A stretch of DNA of 64,000 nt from NCBI GenBank assembly GCA_964566185.1, contig CAZMHS010000003.1, positions 1,208 to 65,207 on the forward strand, read 5' to 3'. Below are positions 30,451 through 39,811 of this stretch, piece after piece; position 1 is the stretch's first letter, and the number at the start of each line of letters is the position of its first letter. The position numbers and the translations under genes were made by a program. Under the pieces are notes generated by a model. That model searched no databases. It was not told the origin of the DNA and was given only the letters and a program-made list of their open reading frames with translations. The DNA comes from an uncultured Alphaproteobacteria bacterium. GTDB lineage: Bacteria; Pseudomonadota; Alphaproteobacteria; UBA3830; CAYLKK01.

Positions 30451-32313
30451 TCATCGTTCGAATAATTTTTTTATATCACTTTCTGTAAATTTTACATAAC
30501 TTGGTCGTCCATGACAACATTGAGCTATATTTTCATATTGCGACATTTGTTGCAAAATTTCGTTCATTTCTGCTTCATTTAGCACTTTTCCGGCTCTAAT
30601 GCTACGATGACAAGCCGTCGTTGCATAAATCATCCTTATTTTTTCTTCAAAGCTCGATAAATTACAACACTGCTTCAGTTCGTCTATAATGTCAATCATG
30701 ATATCATGTGGGTCGCTACCTGTCATCACTTCAGGAATTCCATTTACACGTATTAAATCTGCGCTTATTTTTTCAAAACTTATTCCAAGTATGTTCAACA
30801 GTTCTGAATTTTCTAAAACCAAATCTACATCAGCAGCTGATATGTGTATAAGTTCAGGTACGAGCAATTGCTGACTAGCTATACTCTCTCGTCTTAATAA
30901 TTTTTCAAGCAGCATACGTTCACATACTGCATGTTGATCAATTATTAGCAATTCATCTTCTCTTTGCGCAACTATATATGCGCCAGCGATTTGCGCTACT
31001 GCATTACCGTAACAACTTTTTCTATCTACATTTTGGACATAATTATCTTGTTCAACTAATGCATCACCTAAAACATGTTCATTGCTCTTATCTCCACAAA
31101 CAGCAGGAAAAAGCATGACATTATGATTATTGCAAAATGAATTTTGAGGTATCTCTAACAACTTATTAGAAGTAGTACTCCCATGAATACTGCTTTCGTA
31201 TTTCGCTGCAATCATACTATTTGCAGAAACGTAATCACGTTTATAATTGCAAGAACTAATAGCATTCTTCTGCGCTGCTTCATTTTTTACTATAGTCAAT
31301 CCTAATCTAATACTTGGACTGGAAGCGCGTTGTCCTATTCTGTTATTGATACTAGATTTAGTTATGCTAAATATCGTGTTCATAATAGACTGCGAATCTC
31401 GAAAACGAACCTCTGTTTTCGCTGGATGGACATTAACGTCTACTGCATCATTTTGCAGTTCTACAAAGATTAAACACACAGGATAACGCCCTGTTGGAAT
31501 AACATCCCTGTACGCGCTACGAACAGCAGAAGATAAAATCTTATCTTTTACAAAACGTCCATTTACGAAAAATTTCTGATGTACACTACTTGATTTATTG
31601 TAATTAGGAACGCCAAAAAATCCTGAAACTTTAACGCCATTTTTTTCCTCAACGAAATACTCAGTATTTTCTGCAAATTCGTGACCGAATATTTGAATTG
31701 CACGTTCCTTTCGACCTCGTGTACTTTCTAAAGATAATTTTTCTCTATCATTATCGAAATAACGAAATGATATATTTGGTAACGATAATGACAAATTTAA
31801 AATAGCCTGTAGGCACGCTTCGGATTCATAATTCGTCGATTTTAAGAACTTTAATCTAGCAGGCGTAGCAAAAAACAAATCGCGAACTGTAATACATGTA
31901 CCAGACATAAGAACAGTTGGCGATATATCAATATTCTTTCCGTCACACGAAAGTTGAAATGCGTCAACCTCGTCACACTTTTTGCTTTTTATCGTTACAC
32001 GAGCTACAGAACATATCGAGGCTAAAGCTTCTCCACGAAATCCAAACGTATTTATGTTAAATAAATCGTCACCCGACAACTTAGATGTAGCATGACGCTC
32101 AATAGCTAAGTGAAGTTCGTTTTTATGAATTCCACAACCATCATCCTTAACCTGTATTAGACTTTTCCCTCCATCAACGATTCTAACTTCAATGTTCTTC
32201 GCTCCAGCATCAACAGAATTTTCTACTAACTCCTTTAGCACGGAAGATGGACGCTCAACAACTTCGCCTGCCGCAATTTGATTTATAATTCTAGTATCTA
32301 ACTTACGAATCAT
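30451..32313 (-). CDS. mutL: DNA mismatch repair protein MutL
   Basis: GHKL ATPase motifs ELVENSVDAG, DDGCGI, FGFRGEAL. 620 aa with a C-terminal dimerisation domain. Confidence 0.93.
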   Translation of the reverse strand: MIRKLDTRIINQIAAGEVVERPSSVLKELVENSVDAGAKNIEVRIVDGGKSLIQVKDDGCGIHKNELHLAIERHATSKLSGDDLFNINTFGFRGEALASICSVARVTIKSKKCDEVDAFQLSCDGKNIDISPTVLMSGTCITVRDLFFATPARLKFLKSTNYESEACLQAILNLSLSLPNISFRYFDNDREKLSLESTRGRKERAIQIFGHEFAENTEYFVEEKNGVKVSGFFGVPNYNKSSSVHQKFFVNGRFVKDKILSSAVRSAYRDVIPTGRYPVCLIFVELQNDAVDVNVHPAKTEVRFRDSQSIMNTIFSITKSSINNRIGQRASSPSIRLGLTIVKNEAAQKNAISSCNYKRDYVSANSMIAAKYESSIHGSTTSNKLLEIPQNSFCNNHNVMLFPAVCGDKSNEHVLGDALVEQDNYVQNVDRKSCYGNAVAQIAGAYIVAQREDELLIIDQHAVCERMLLEKLLRRESIASQQLLVPELIHISAADVDLVLENSELLNILGISFEKISADLIRVNGIPEVMTGSDPHDIMIDIIDELKQCCNLSSFEEKIRMIYATTACHRSIRAGKVLNEAEMNEILQQMSQYENIAQCCHGRPSYVKFTESDIKKLFER

Positions 32314-33353
32314 TTTTTATTGTTACGTTTAAACAAGCTTAGGCTACTGTCAATAGAAATCAGACATTCGGCGATTTGGACACTATTTAACGCTGCTCCT
32401 TTTCTGAGGTTATCTGTAGCGCACCACAACGTAACACCATTCTCCACTGAATCATCTACCCGAAGTCTAGAAACGAAGATATCATCTTCATTTTGCACAT
32501 CAATTGGAGTTACAATCGTATCCATATCATCAATAAATTTAATTCCAGAAGATTTCTTTAAATTGCGAATAATACGCTTAATGTCGAAGTTCTCATGAAA
32601 CTCACACGCAACTGACATTCCATGTCCTATAAAGACAGGTACCCTAACAGAAGTTATAGCTACCTTAATTGAATTATCAAAAATCTTACCAATTTCACGC
32701 TTAATTTTGTACTCTTCATCTGTATCACCTGATTTTAACCGTACACCGATTTCTGGAATCACGTTGAACGCTATGGATTTTTTAAAAATCATAGATTTGG
32801 ACGACGTATCAAAATAAGCCTGTTTCGTTTGATTATACAGTTCATCCATAGCCTGCTTTCCAGCACCAGAAACTGACTGATATGTTGATATTACGACACG
32901 CTTTATCCGCGTCACATTATTCATTGCATTTAAAACAACAGACAACGGACCAGCAATACAGTTCGGCGCTGAAATTATGCCATTCGCTCCACGTTCCAGA
33001 ATACGAGCATTCACCTCTGGAACAATCAACGGGATATCGTTAATCAACCGAAAATACGACGTCTTATCTATTATGACACACCCATTGTCACAGATTTTAT
33101 CTGCATACTTTTGAGAAACAGAACTACCAGCACACATAAAGCACATGTCTATGTTTGAAAAATCGAAACTATCGATATCACAAACCGTCAACAGCTCATC
33201 CTCTCCGAAAGATATCATTTTACCCTTCGAACGCATACTCGCAATCGCGTTAACACTACTTAACGGAAAGGCTCTTTCCTGCAAAATAGATAGAACGCTC
33301 CTACCTGTATTACCTGTTGCCCCAACGATTGCCACGTTATATTTTTTCTTCAT
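32310..33353 (-). CDS. asd: Aspartate-semialdehyde dehydrogenase
   Basis: VAIVGATGNTG, active-site SAPNCIAGP, SGAGK. ATGA-type 4-nt overlap with mutL. Confidence 0.92.
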   Translation of the reverse strand: MKKKYNVAIVGATGNTGRSVLSILQERAFPLSSVNAIASMRSKGKMISFGEDELLTVCDIDSFDFSNIDMCFMCAGSSVSQKYADKICDNGCVIIDKTSYFRLINDIPLIVPEVNARILERGANGIISAPNCIAGPLSVVLNAMNNVTRIKRVVISTYQSVSGAGKQAMDELYNQTKQAYFDTSSKSMIFKKSIAFNVIPEIGVRLKSGDTDEEYKIKREIGKIFDNSIKVAITSVRVPVFIGHGMSVACEFHENFDIKRIIRNLKKSSGIKFIDDMDTIVTPIDVQNEDDIFVSRLRVDDSVENGVTLWCATDNLRKGAALNSVQIAECLISIDSSLSLFKRNNKK

Positions 33354-33481
33354 TCCAAACCCGAATTATATCATGTAAACCTCCGTAAATTATACGTATG
33401 TAAACAAAACATTTCAATACAGCGTGTTAAAACTGACTATATAAACACAGTTGGAAAAAATGTTCTGTTAAAGAAAGGAAA

Positions 33482-33557
<76 letters not shown>

Positions 33558-33565
33558 GCACTTTA

Positions 33566-33594
33566 TGTATATCATATATACGATAAAAAATCAA
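33566..33594 (-). promoter_or_regulatory. Candidate promoter for tRNA-Thr
   Basis: On the minus strand: -35 TTGATT (33594-33589, overlapping the MFS stop), 17-nt spacer, -10 TATACA (33571-33566). The -10 ends 8 nt before the mature tRNA 5' end. Confidence 0.4.
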
Positions 33595-34832
33595 GCCTTT
33601 TGCTTGAACATCAAATTAAAAACAGATAAACAGATCACACAAATAACGACGCTATAACCAAAGGCAAATTCACACCCATAGCTATTCCACAACTTCCCAG
33701 CTAACAACGACGCGGCAAAATATCCAAACCCAACGACAGTATAATATATACCAATTGCAGTGCCTCGCAACTTTTCACACACAACTTCACGAATCAAAGA
33801 CAAAAATAATCCGACAACGGACGCCATTTGTCCTCCCCAACAAAATGCACCTATAAACACAGGAACACCTGACCACGCGACTAACAACAATGTATTTGAA
33901 ATCAACATCAATAAAACGCAGATTTGAATCATAACGCCTTTTCCATATCGGTCCGCTAAAATACCGATAGGATAAGCACATGCTAATTGCCCAACATTCA
34001 TAGTAACTGTTGCGACAGATGATGATACTGGGTCCAAGAAATCGTTTGCTCTAACAACAAGCAATGCATCACTAAAATGCGCCATTTCGAATAAAAACGC
34101 AAAAAATATTATTTTCCAAAACTCCCAATTCAAAGATTTTACGTTATCTTTAGTAAAAGGATTACTGAATTTACTTTTCTCCTTCTTATGCAATGGTTCT
34201 TTAACCTTCAGTAATATCAGAATAGATACAACAGCAGGAATAAAAGCAAAAGCAAACATTGTTCGATAAGAAATACCAAAATACCCCAATAAAGCAATCG
34301 CGCATAACGTACCTATAAACGCACCTACTGTCTTTAACGACCTCGTCAAACCATAAGACGAACTAATTGTACGCGCGTCACTTACATCTGCGACCAAAGC
34401 ATCTCTCGGAGAAGCTTGAATTCCGTTTGATATACGGTCCAAAGATTGAGCTATTAAGACTGTATATACAGAATGAGCCATGACGAACAGAGGTTTAATA
34501 AGTACAGAAAACACACAACCAAAGACCAAAATAGATTTTCTGTTCATTATAACGTCGCTAATCGTTCCAGCGAAAATTCTCGTCAGATTAGATAGCAATT
34601 CGACAAAACCGTCTAGAAGCGCAATCTTTAATGTAGATGCATGCAACTCATGTTTTAAAAACATAGACAACTGACTATAAATCATTGTCGTAGTAATCCC
34701 CATGAATAACCCCCACAATGCGATTAACCAAACATTGTTAGGAACAGATCCACTACTAAAAAATTTTTTCCAACATTTCTCTGATTCTATACGAGTGCGG
34801 TTCTTCATAGACATAATACGCCCTAAATACAT
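33591..34832 (-). CDS. MFS transporter
   Basis: 413 aa, about 12 hydrophobic helices in a 6+6 layout with a central basic loop (KEPLHKKEKSK). Start ambiguous: ATG at 34832, 34814 or 34808. Confidence 0.8.
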   Translation of the reverse strand: MYLGRIMSMKNRTRIESEKCWKKFFSSGSVPNNVWLIALWGLFMGITTTMIYSQLSMFLKHELHASTLKIALLDGFVELLSNLTRIFAGTISDVIMNRKSILVFGCVFSVLIKPLFVMAHSVYTVLIAQSLDRISNGIQASPRDALVADVSDARTISSSYGLTRSLKTVGAFIGTLCAIALLGYFGISYRTMFAFAFIPAVVSILILLKVKEPLHKKEKSKFSNPFTKDNVKSLNWEFWKIIFFAFLFEMAHFSDALLVVRANDFLDPVSSSVATVTMNVGQLACAYPIGILADRYGKGVMIQICVLLMLISNTLLLVAWSGVPVFIGAFCWGGQMASVVGLFLSLIREVVCEKLRGTAIGIYYTVVGFGYFAASLLAGKLWNSYGCEFAFGYSVVICVICLSVFNLMFKQKA

Positions 34833-34898
34833 CGCTTCTCATTGTCTCACTTTTATTTGTTCTATTCAATACAATTGTTTAACAGTTTTTAATAAATA

Positions 34899-34923
34899 TG
34901 AATAAAGGCCGCTAAAAGCGGCC
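34899..34923 (-). terminator. Rho-independent terminator after hppA
   Basis: On the minus strand: GGCCGC-TTTTA-GCGGCC, a perfect 6-bp GC stem (34923-34907), followed by TTTATTCATATTT, starting 4 nt after the hppA stop. Confidence 0.7.
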
Positions 34924-34927
34924 AAAC

Positions 34928-37012
34928 CTACATAAAACGAGCTAAAGACGCAAGCAGCAACAAAGCAACAATATTAATGATTTTTATCATTGGATTAATA
35001 GCAGGACCAGCAGTATCCTTGTAAGGATCACCAACTGTGTCACCAGTAACAGCAGCTTTATGCGCTTCAGAACCTTTTCCTCCAAAGTTTCCGTCCTCTA
35101 TATACTTTTTTGCATTATCCCATGCTCCACCACCAGATGTCATTGAAATAGCTAAGAATATACCAGTTACAATTGTTCCAAGCAACATAGCACCTAAGCT
35201 AATTAATGCCGAACTATGACCAGAAATCAAAAAGACAACGACATACAACAAAATTGGAGCAAAAATAGGCAACAGTGATGGAACAATCATCTCCTTTATC
35301 GCAGCCTTCGTCAATATATCAACAGCGGTACCATAATCAGGTTTTGCCTTTCCATCCATAATTCCTTTTATTTCCTTAAACTGTCGCCTTACTTCAAGCA
35401 CAACAGCACCTCCAGCACGTCCGACAGCCATCATACCAGCCGCACCGAATAAATACGGCAGCAACCCGCCTAGAAATAATCCTATAACGACAAAAGGATC
35501 TTGTAATGAAAAGTCTACGTTAATTCCAGGAAGATAATGCTTTAAATCCTGCGTATAAGCTGTAAACAACACCAATGAAGCCAATCCTGCAGATCCTATT
35601 GCGTATCCTTTAGTAACCGCCTTCGTAGTATTTCCAACAGCATCTAAAGCATCTGTAACTTTTCTCACGTCATCAGGTAATTCTGACATTTCTGCTATTC
35701 CTCCAGCATTGTCAGTAACAGGCCCATAAGCATCTATTGTAACAATTGTACCAGCAAGTGCTAACATAGAAGTAGCAGCAACAGCTATACCATACAGACC
35801 CGCAAATTTATAAGCAAATACTATACCCAATGCAATCACAATTACTGGCAACGCCGTAGATTCCATAGAAATTGCCAAACCTTGAATAATATTCGTCCCA
35901 TGTCCTGTAACGGAAGATTTAGCTATACTCTTAACTGGACGATATGAATACGATGTATAGTATTCCGTAATAAATACAATAGCTAAAGTAACTAAAAGCC
36001 CGATTACAGCACACCACACGATCGAACATCCCCAAAAGACGACGCCATCACTCCCATGGAAAGCAGCGCACATTGGAAACATCAATTGAGAAACGGCGAA
36101 CATAAAACCAGCAGCAATAACAGTTGTTGCAAACAAACTCTTATAAAGAGCCTTCATAACGTTTTTATCTTCACCCAACTTAACAAACAATGTACCTATT
36201 AGAGAAGCTAAAATGCAAACGCCAGAGATAACTAATGGGTAGAAAGACAATATTGTTTTTTCAATCCCAGCAAAGAATATACCAGCTAAAACGATGGTAG
36301 CAGCATTTGTAACGATATATGTTTCAAACAAATCCGCCGCCATTCCAGCACAATCTCCAACATTGTCACCAACATTATCAGCTATTACAGCAGGATTTCT
36401 AGGATCATCCTCTGGAATACCAGCCTCAACTTTACCGACCAAATCAGCACCGACATCTGCTCCTTTTGTGAATATGCCACCGCCTAAACGAGCAAAAATT
36501 GAAATCAATGAAGCCCCAAAACTCATAGAAATCAAAGCCTCAGAAATTAATCTTGTTGGAGCGCCATAATAGGCAAGAACAAAATAGTAAATAGATATTC
36601 CCAATATAGCTAACCCTACGACCAAAAATCCGGTAATCGCACCAGATTTGTAAGCAACGTCGAGCGCATGAACAATGCCGCTTCTAGCAGCTTCTGCAGT
36701 CCTAACATTTGCTCTCACAGAAATATTCATACCGATGTAACCTGCGACGCCGGACAATACAGCTCCCAAAACAAACCCAATTCCACTCTGGTAATTGAGC
36801 AAAATAGAAACAAGCGCAGCAATCAGACAACCAACTACTGCAATCGTCTTATACTGCCTGTTCAAATACGCTGAAGCGCCAGCCTGAATAGCCGCAGCGA
36901 TTTCACGCATACGGTCGTTCCCGTCAGGAAGCGAAAGCAACGAACGGATATTAAGCGCACCATACATTAGCGCACCAACTCCGCAACAGATGATAAATAA
37001 TTCTAAAGACAT
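34928..37012 (-). CDS. hppA: K+-independent H+-translocating pyrophosphatase
   Basis: 694 aa, polytopic. [22 protein letters not shown], and [10 protein letters not shown] with Lys at the A/K switch, which indicates the K+-independent type. Confidence 0.93.
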   Translation of the reverse strand: MSLELFIICCGVGALMYGALNIRSLLSLPDGNDRMREIAAAIQAGASAYLNRQYKTIAVVGCLIAALVSILLNYQSGIGFVLGAVLSGVAGYIGMNISVRANVRTAEAARSGIVHALDVAYKSGAITGFLVVGLAILGISIYYFVLAYYGAPTRLISEALISMSFGASLISIFARLGGGIFTKGADVGADLVGKVEAGIPEDDPRNPAVIADNVGDNVGDCAGMAADLFETYIVTNAATIVLAGIFFAGIEKTILSFYPLVISGVCILASLIGTLFVKLGEDKNVMKALYKSLFATTVIAAGFMFAVSQLMFPMCAAFHGSDGVVFWGCSIVWCAVIGLLVTLAIVFITEYYTSYSYRPVKSIAKSSVTGHGTNIIQGLAISMESTALPVIVIALGIVFAYKFAGLYGIAVAATSMLALAGTIVTIDAYGPVTDNAGGIAEMSELPDDVRKVTDALDAVGNTTKAVTKGYAIGSAGLASLVLFTAYTQDLKHYLPGINVDFSLQDPFVVIGLFLGGLLPYLFGAAGMMAVGRAGGAVVLEVRRQFKEIKGIMDGKAKPDYGTAVDILTKAAIKEMIVPSLLPIFAPILLYVVVFLISGHSSALISLGAMLLGTIVTGIFLAISMTSGGGAWDNAKKYIEDGNFGGKGSEAHKAAVTGDTVGDPYKDTAGPAINPMIKIINIVALLLLASLARFM

Positions 37013-37190
37013 AAAAAAAATCCTTATAAAAATGGTTATATTATATCATATTTTTTCTTTAAGAGCCACATATCGCAGAGGGAACAAAGGCATTCATCTA
37101 TCGTCATGACAAAATTGCCTTTTTGAGAACTGTTAATATTTTCTTAACCTATAAATGTTACAATAATGCATATTACATAAGGAGGTATTT

Positions 37191-38411
37191 ATGACAAAGA
37201 TTATAACAGTACTAGCAGTAACGTTAGCACATATAACTACGTTTGCAACAGAACAAGCACATGAACAAATGATAGACGAAAAAACATATATTCAACCGAT
37301 ACAAATGCATACGCTTCCAGATAGTAATGATAGTCAGATAGCAATCGACATAAATGACTTAGAGCATCAAGCAATAGACTATAATGGCTACACATCCAAT
37401 GGAATAACTGTCACACCAACAATTTTGGATAACATGGGCGGCCATGCGATGCTAGAAACATTGCTAAACACGCACCGAAAAGTATATTTAACTCAACCAA
37501 TTGATCAACAAGCGCTATTGTTATCTAGAGCTACCATGGAATATATGGAAGGCGGAAACGCCTCATACTTTATGCAAAAAACGCTGCCATTTTTTTGGAA
37601 TGCTGTAAATAAAGTCTCTCTTTTCGGCAAATACACGCTATCCATTACGTCTCCGATAATAACTGCAGCGTCTCTTCTAATAAACTCACTGACCGATGCA
37701 GAAACAGATTCATCACAATTTCAAACAGGAAACAACACGAATTTGCAACATATTTTATCAGGATTAAATATAGCTTCAATCGTGTCATTCCAACTTGGAA
37801 AGTATGTATTCAATAATATGTATGATTATTCATCTCAGCTAAAAAATTACTATTTACACGCCACATTTGAGAAAGAATATATCAGATCAACGTTTAAATA
37901 CTCTTCAGACGAAGATAAAAATTACGACATGTTACCTGCAAAACAAAAACCATACTCAAAAGATAATATGGTATCTCAACAATATTTTGAAAAGCTAGGA
38001 CCTATCGCAACAGAATTAGCTCGAGAAATTATTGCCGACGAAAATACAGATCAAAATGCTATGTTGGACTTTCAGCAATCAATAAAGTCTGAAAGCTGTC
38101 TTAAAAATTTTTATCGCAAAGGAAACATATTCTCTATTATGGGAGGCATATTCAGAATTGCAGCAGGAACTTGTGCCGTAGCAAACACAATAATTAGCAC
38201 GACATCGCTACCGATGCAAGACGATATGTTAAGTAATATATTTGGAATTACGCAGTTTTGCCTGACTTCATTTTCTCTTTCGTTAACAGAACTCGCGAAG
38301 TATTTCGAAAAGAAATCTGGCACTATGAGCAAAAAATTTGTAATAGCTCCAGTGTTAAATACTGATCTGCTAAATACTATTACTGCACCACAACAAGAAG
38401 CAGATGAATAA
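37191..38411 (+). CDS. Hypothetical exported/membrane protein, 406 aa, no recognisable domain
   Basis: Strong SD AAGGAGG. N-terminal hydrophobic signal-like segment IITVLAVTLAHITTFA. Two pairs of hydrophobic segments (about aa 145-205 and 315-370) separated by a polar, Y/K/N-rich region. Confidence 0.6.
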   Translation: MTKIITVLAVTLAHITTFATEQAHEQMIDEKTYIQPIQMHTLPDSNDSQIAIDINDLEHQAIDYNGYTSNGITVTPTILDNMGGHAMLETLLNTHRKVYLTQPIDQQALLLSRATMEYMEGGNASYFMQKTLPFFWNAVNKVSLFGKYTLSITSPIITAASLLINSLTDAETDSSQFQTGNNTNLQHILSGLNIASIVSFQLGKYVFNNMYDYSSQLKNYYLHATFEKEYIRSTFKYSSDEDKNYDMLPAKQKPYSKDNMVSQQYFEKLGPIATELAREIIADENTDQNAMLDFQQSIKSESCLKNFYRKGNIFSIMGGIFRIAAGTCAVANTIISTTSLPMQDDMLSNIFGITQFCLTSFSLSLTELAKYFEKKSGTMSKKFVIAPVLNTDLLNTITAPQQEADE

Positions 38412-38425
38412 CAAAGCAAAAAAAC

Positions 38426-38465
38426 ATGCGTGTTGCACTGATTATTAAATTCTTGCGACACGCAT
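38426..38465 (+). terminator. Stem-loop between the two convergent orphan genes (possible terminator)
   Basis: ATGCGTGTTGC (38426-38436) pairs with GCGACACGCAT (38455-38465): 11 bp including one G-U, with an 18-nt loop. It starts 15 nt after the stop of the 406-aa ORF. No clear T-run follows. Confidence 0.3.
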
Positions 38466-38661
38466 ACCAGAAGTTCGAATAAATAAATCTTAATAGACAC
38501 GTTCAAAGCACAGCAATAATTATATATACAAAAATACAATATGCACATGAAATCGTATCAAGTACAATATCATCTCCTTAAATTACAATACGAAACTTGA
38601 TCCATTTTACTTGAAATATCACATATCATAACATACCACACAAAACTGTAGCACAACTCAC

Positions 38662-39414
38662 CTACTTACCTGCATAACTTCCAGAAAAGTACTCTCTCCA
38701 ATCGTATAAAATCTGCCATGCACGATGTTGCTGCATCGAATGATTATACATTTGTCCGATGTATACTAATTTCGATTTTGCATTTTTTAAAGCACGTTCA
38801 AGATCGCCGTCTAAATCAGCGAACCAGTATTTTGCAGCGCCGTGATCGTACTCAGGATCTTCGTGATGATCACGCCATTCTCTGTTCATCAAAGCGACAT
38901 TTTCAAGATCGTCAGGTTGAAACGCATCTAAAATAGAAAAATCAAAAGGCTTTGTTGCAGATTTTTCCTTACGAAACCTGTTTTTTGTCTTTGGTTTTTC
39001 CTGACCATGTAATGCGTTTTCCAATCGCTTGATCAATGCCTCAACTGCAAGACCTGTTTGCGATTCACGAACATATGGAATAGCACGACACAGCTCGACG
39101 TATATTCTGTCTTGTCGGAAGTTGCTTTTCGAACATAGATTAATAGCCTGAAAGTATAAACTCATATGTTGTAACGATGTTAATACATCAGAGTATCTGT
39201 CAAAAACCTCATTATCAATAATTTGTTTCTTCTCGTCTGTTGAATTACTGTTTGGCGGCGTATATAATCTGTCTATTAAATATGCGCGCTCGTCTATTGG
39301 AATCAGTTTTACAGCTTTATACACTATTCCGTTACCTTTTTCGTCAATAGCTCGTATCCCATATAGATTACCTAAAACTACGATGTTCAACAAAACAAAA
39401 CACAACGCCCTCAT
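38662..39414 (-). CDS. Hypothetical secreted protein, about 250 aa, no recognisable domain
   Basis: ATG 39414 with GGAG 8 nt upstream gives MRALCFVLLNIVVLGNLYG, which is signal-peptide-like. Acidic/His-rich C-terminal part (DHHEDPEYDHGAAKYWFADLDGD). The track ORF starts at TTG 39435. Confidence 0.6.
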   Translation of the reverse strand: MRALCFVLLNIVVLGNLYGIRAIDEKGNGIVYKAVKLIPIDERAYLIDRLYTPPNSNSTDEKKQIIDNEVFDRYSDVLTSLQHMSLYFQAINLCSKSNFRQDRIYVELCRAIPYVRESQTGLAVEALIKRLENALHGQEKPKTKNRFRKEKSATKPFDFSILDAFQPDDLENVALMNREWRDHHEDPEYDHGAAKYWFADLDGDLERALKNAKSKLVYIGQMYNHSMQQHRAWQILYDWREYFSGSYAGK

Positions 39415-39811
39415 TCTAAACTCCATAGTAAACAATGAAAGCGTACACTATAAGCGTTAAAATATCATTGATATGCTTCATAATTCGTTGAACACGTGTT
39501 GATAACGCGACGTATTACATTTATATCTGGTTTGTACTTACTTACTTGCATTTTTGGTCCGTCATAAGCTACATGCCCATACCGCAACGGAGCTCCAACA
39601 TCCATTTAATAAAGATTTTCGCTCTCTAATATTCAACTCTTCATGATAAATCTAAAGACATTTTCTCACTGAAAAAGCATATTGTAAAGAATTTTTTACG
39701 AAAATAGTGCCAAAAATCGACATAACGCCTGAAAATGCGATAAAAAATTAGTTAAAATTGTATACAATCAGGCCGGTTTACCCTACTAAACGAGCCTGAA
39801 TATATAAAATT

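Noticed and set aside
33366-33417. A leader upstream of asd with TTGAAA-17-TATAAT, a perfect GGAGG and a two-codon mini-ORF (ATG ATA TAA) 12 nt before the asd ATG. It could be a start-stop regulatory element.
   Set aside because: The predicted -10 would put the transcription start inside or at the SD, so the two readings conflict. ATG-ATA-TAA and a GGAGG can easily arise by chance in an AT-rich leader. It is not testable from sequence alone.
39465-39605. A 46-aa minus-strand ORF (MDVGAPLRYGHVAYDGPKMQVSKYKPDINVIRRVINTCSTNYEAYQ) in the gap after the RND pump.
   Set aside because: It has no convincing SD, no recognisable motif and no signal peptide. I kept it only as a note under the gap finding, not as a gene call.
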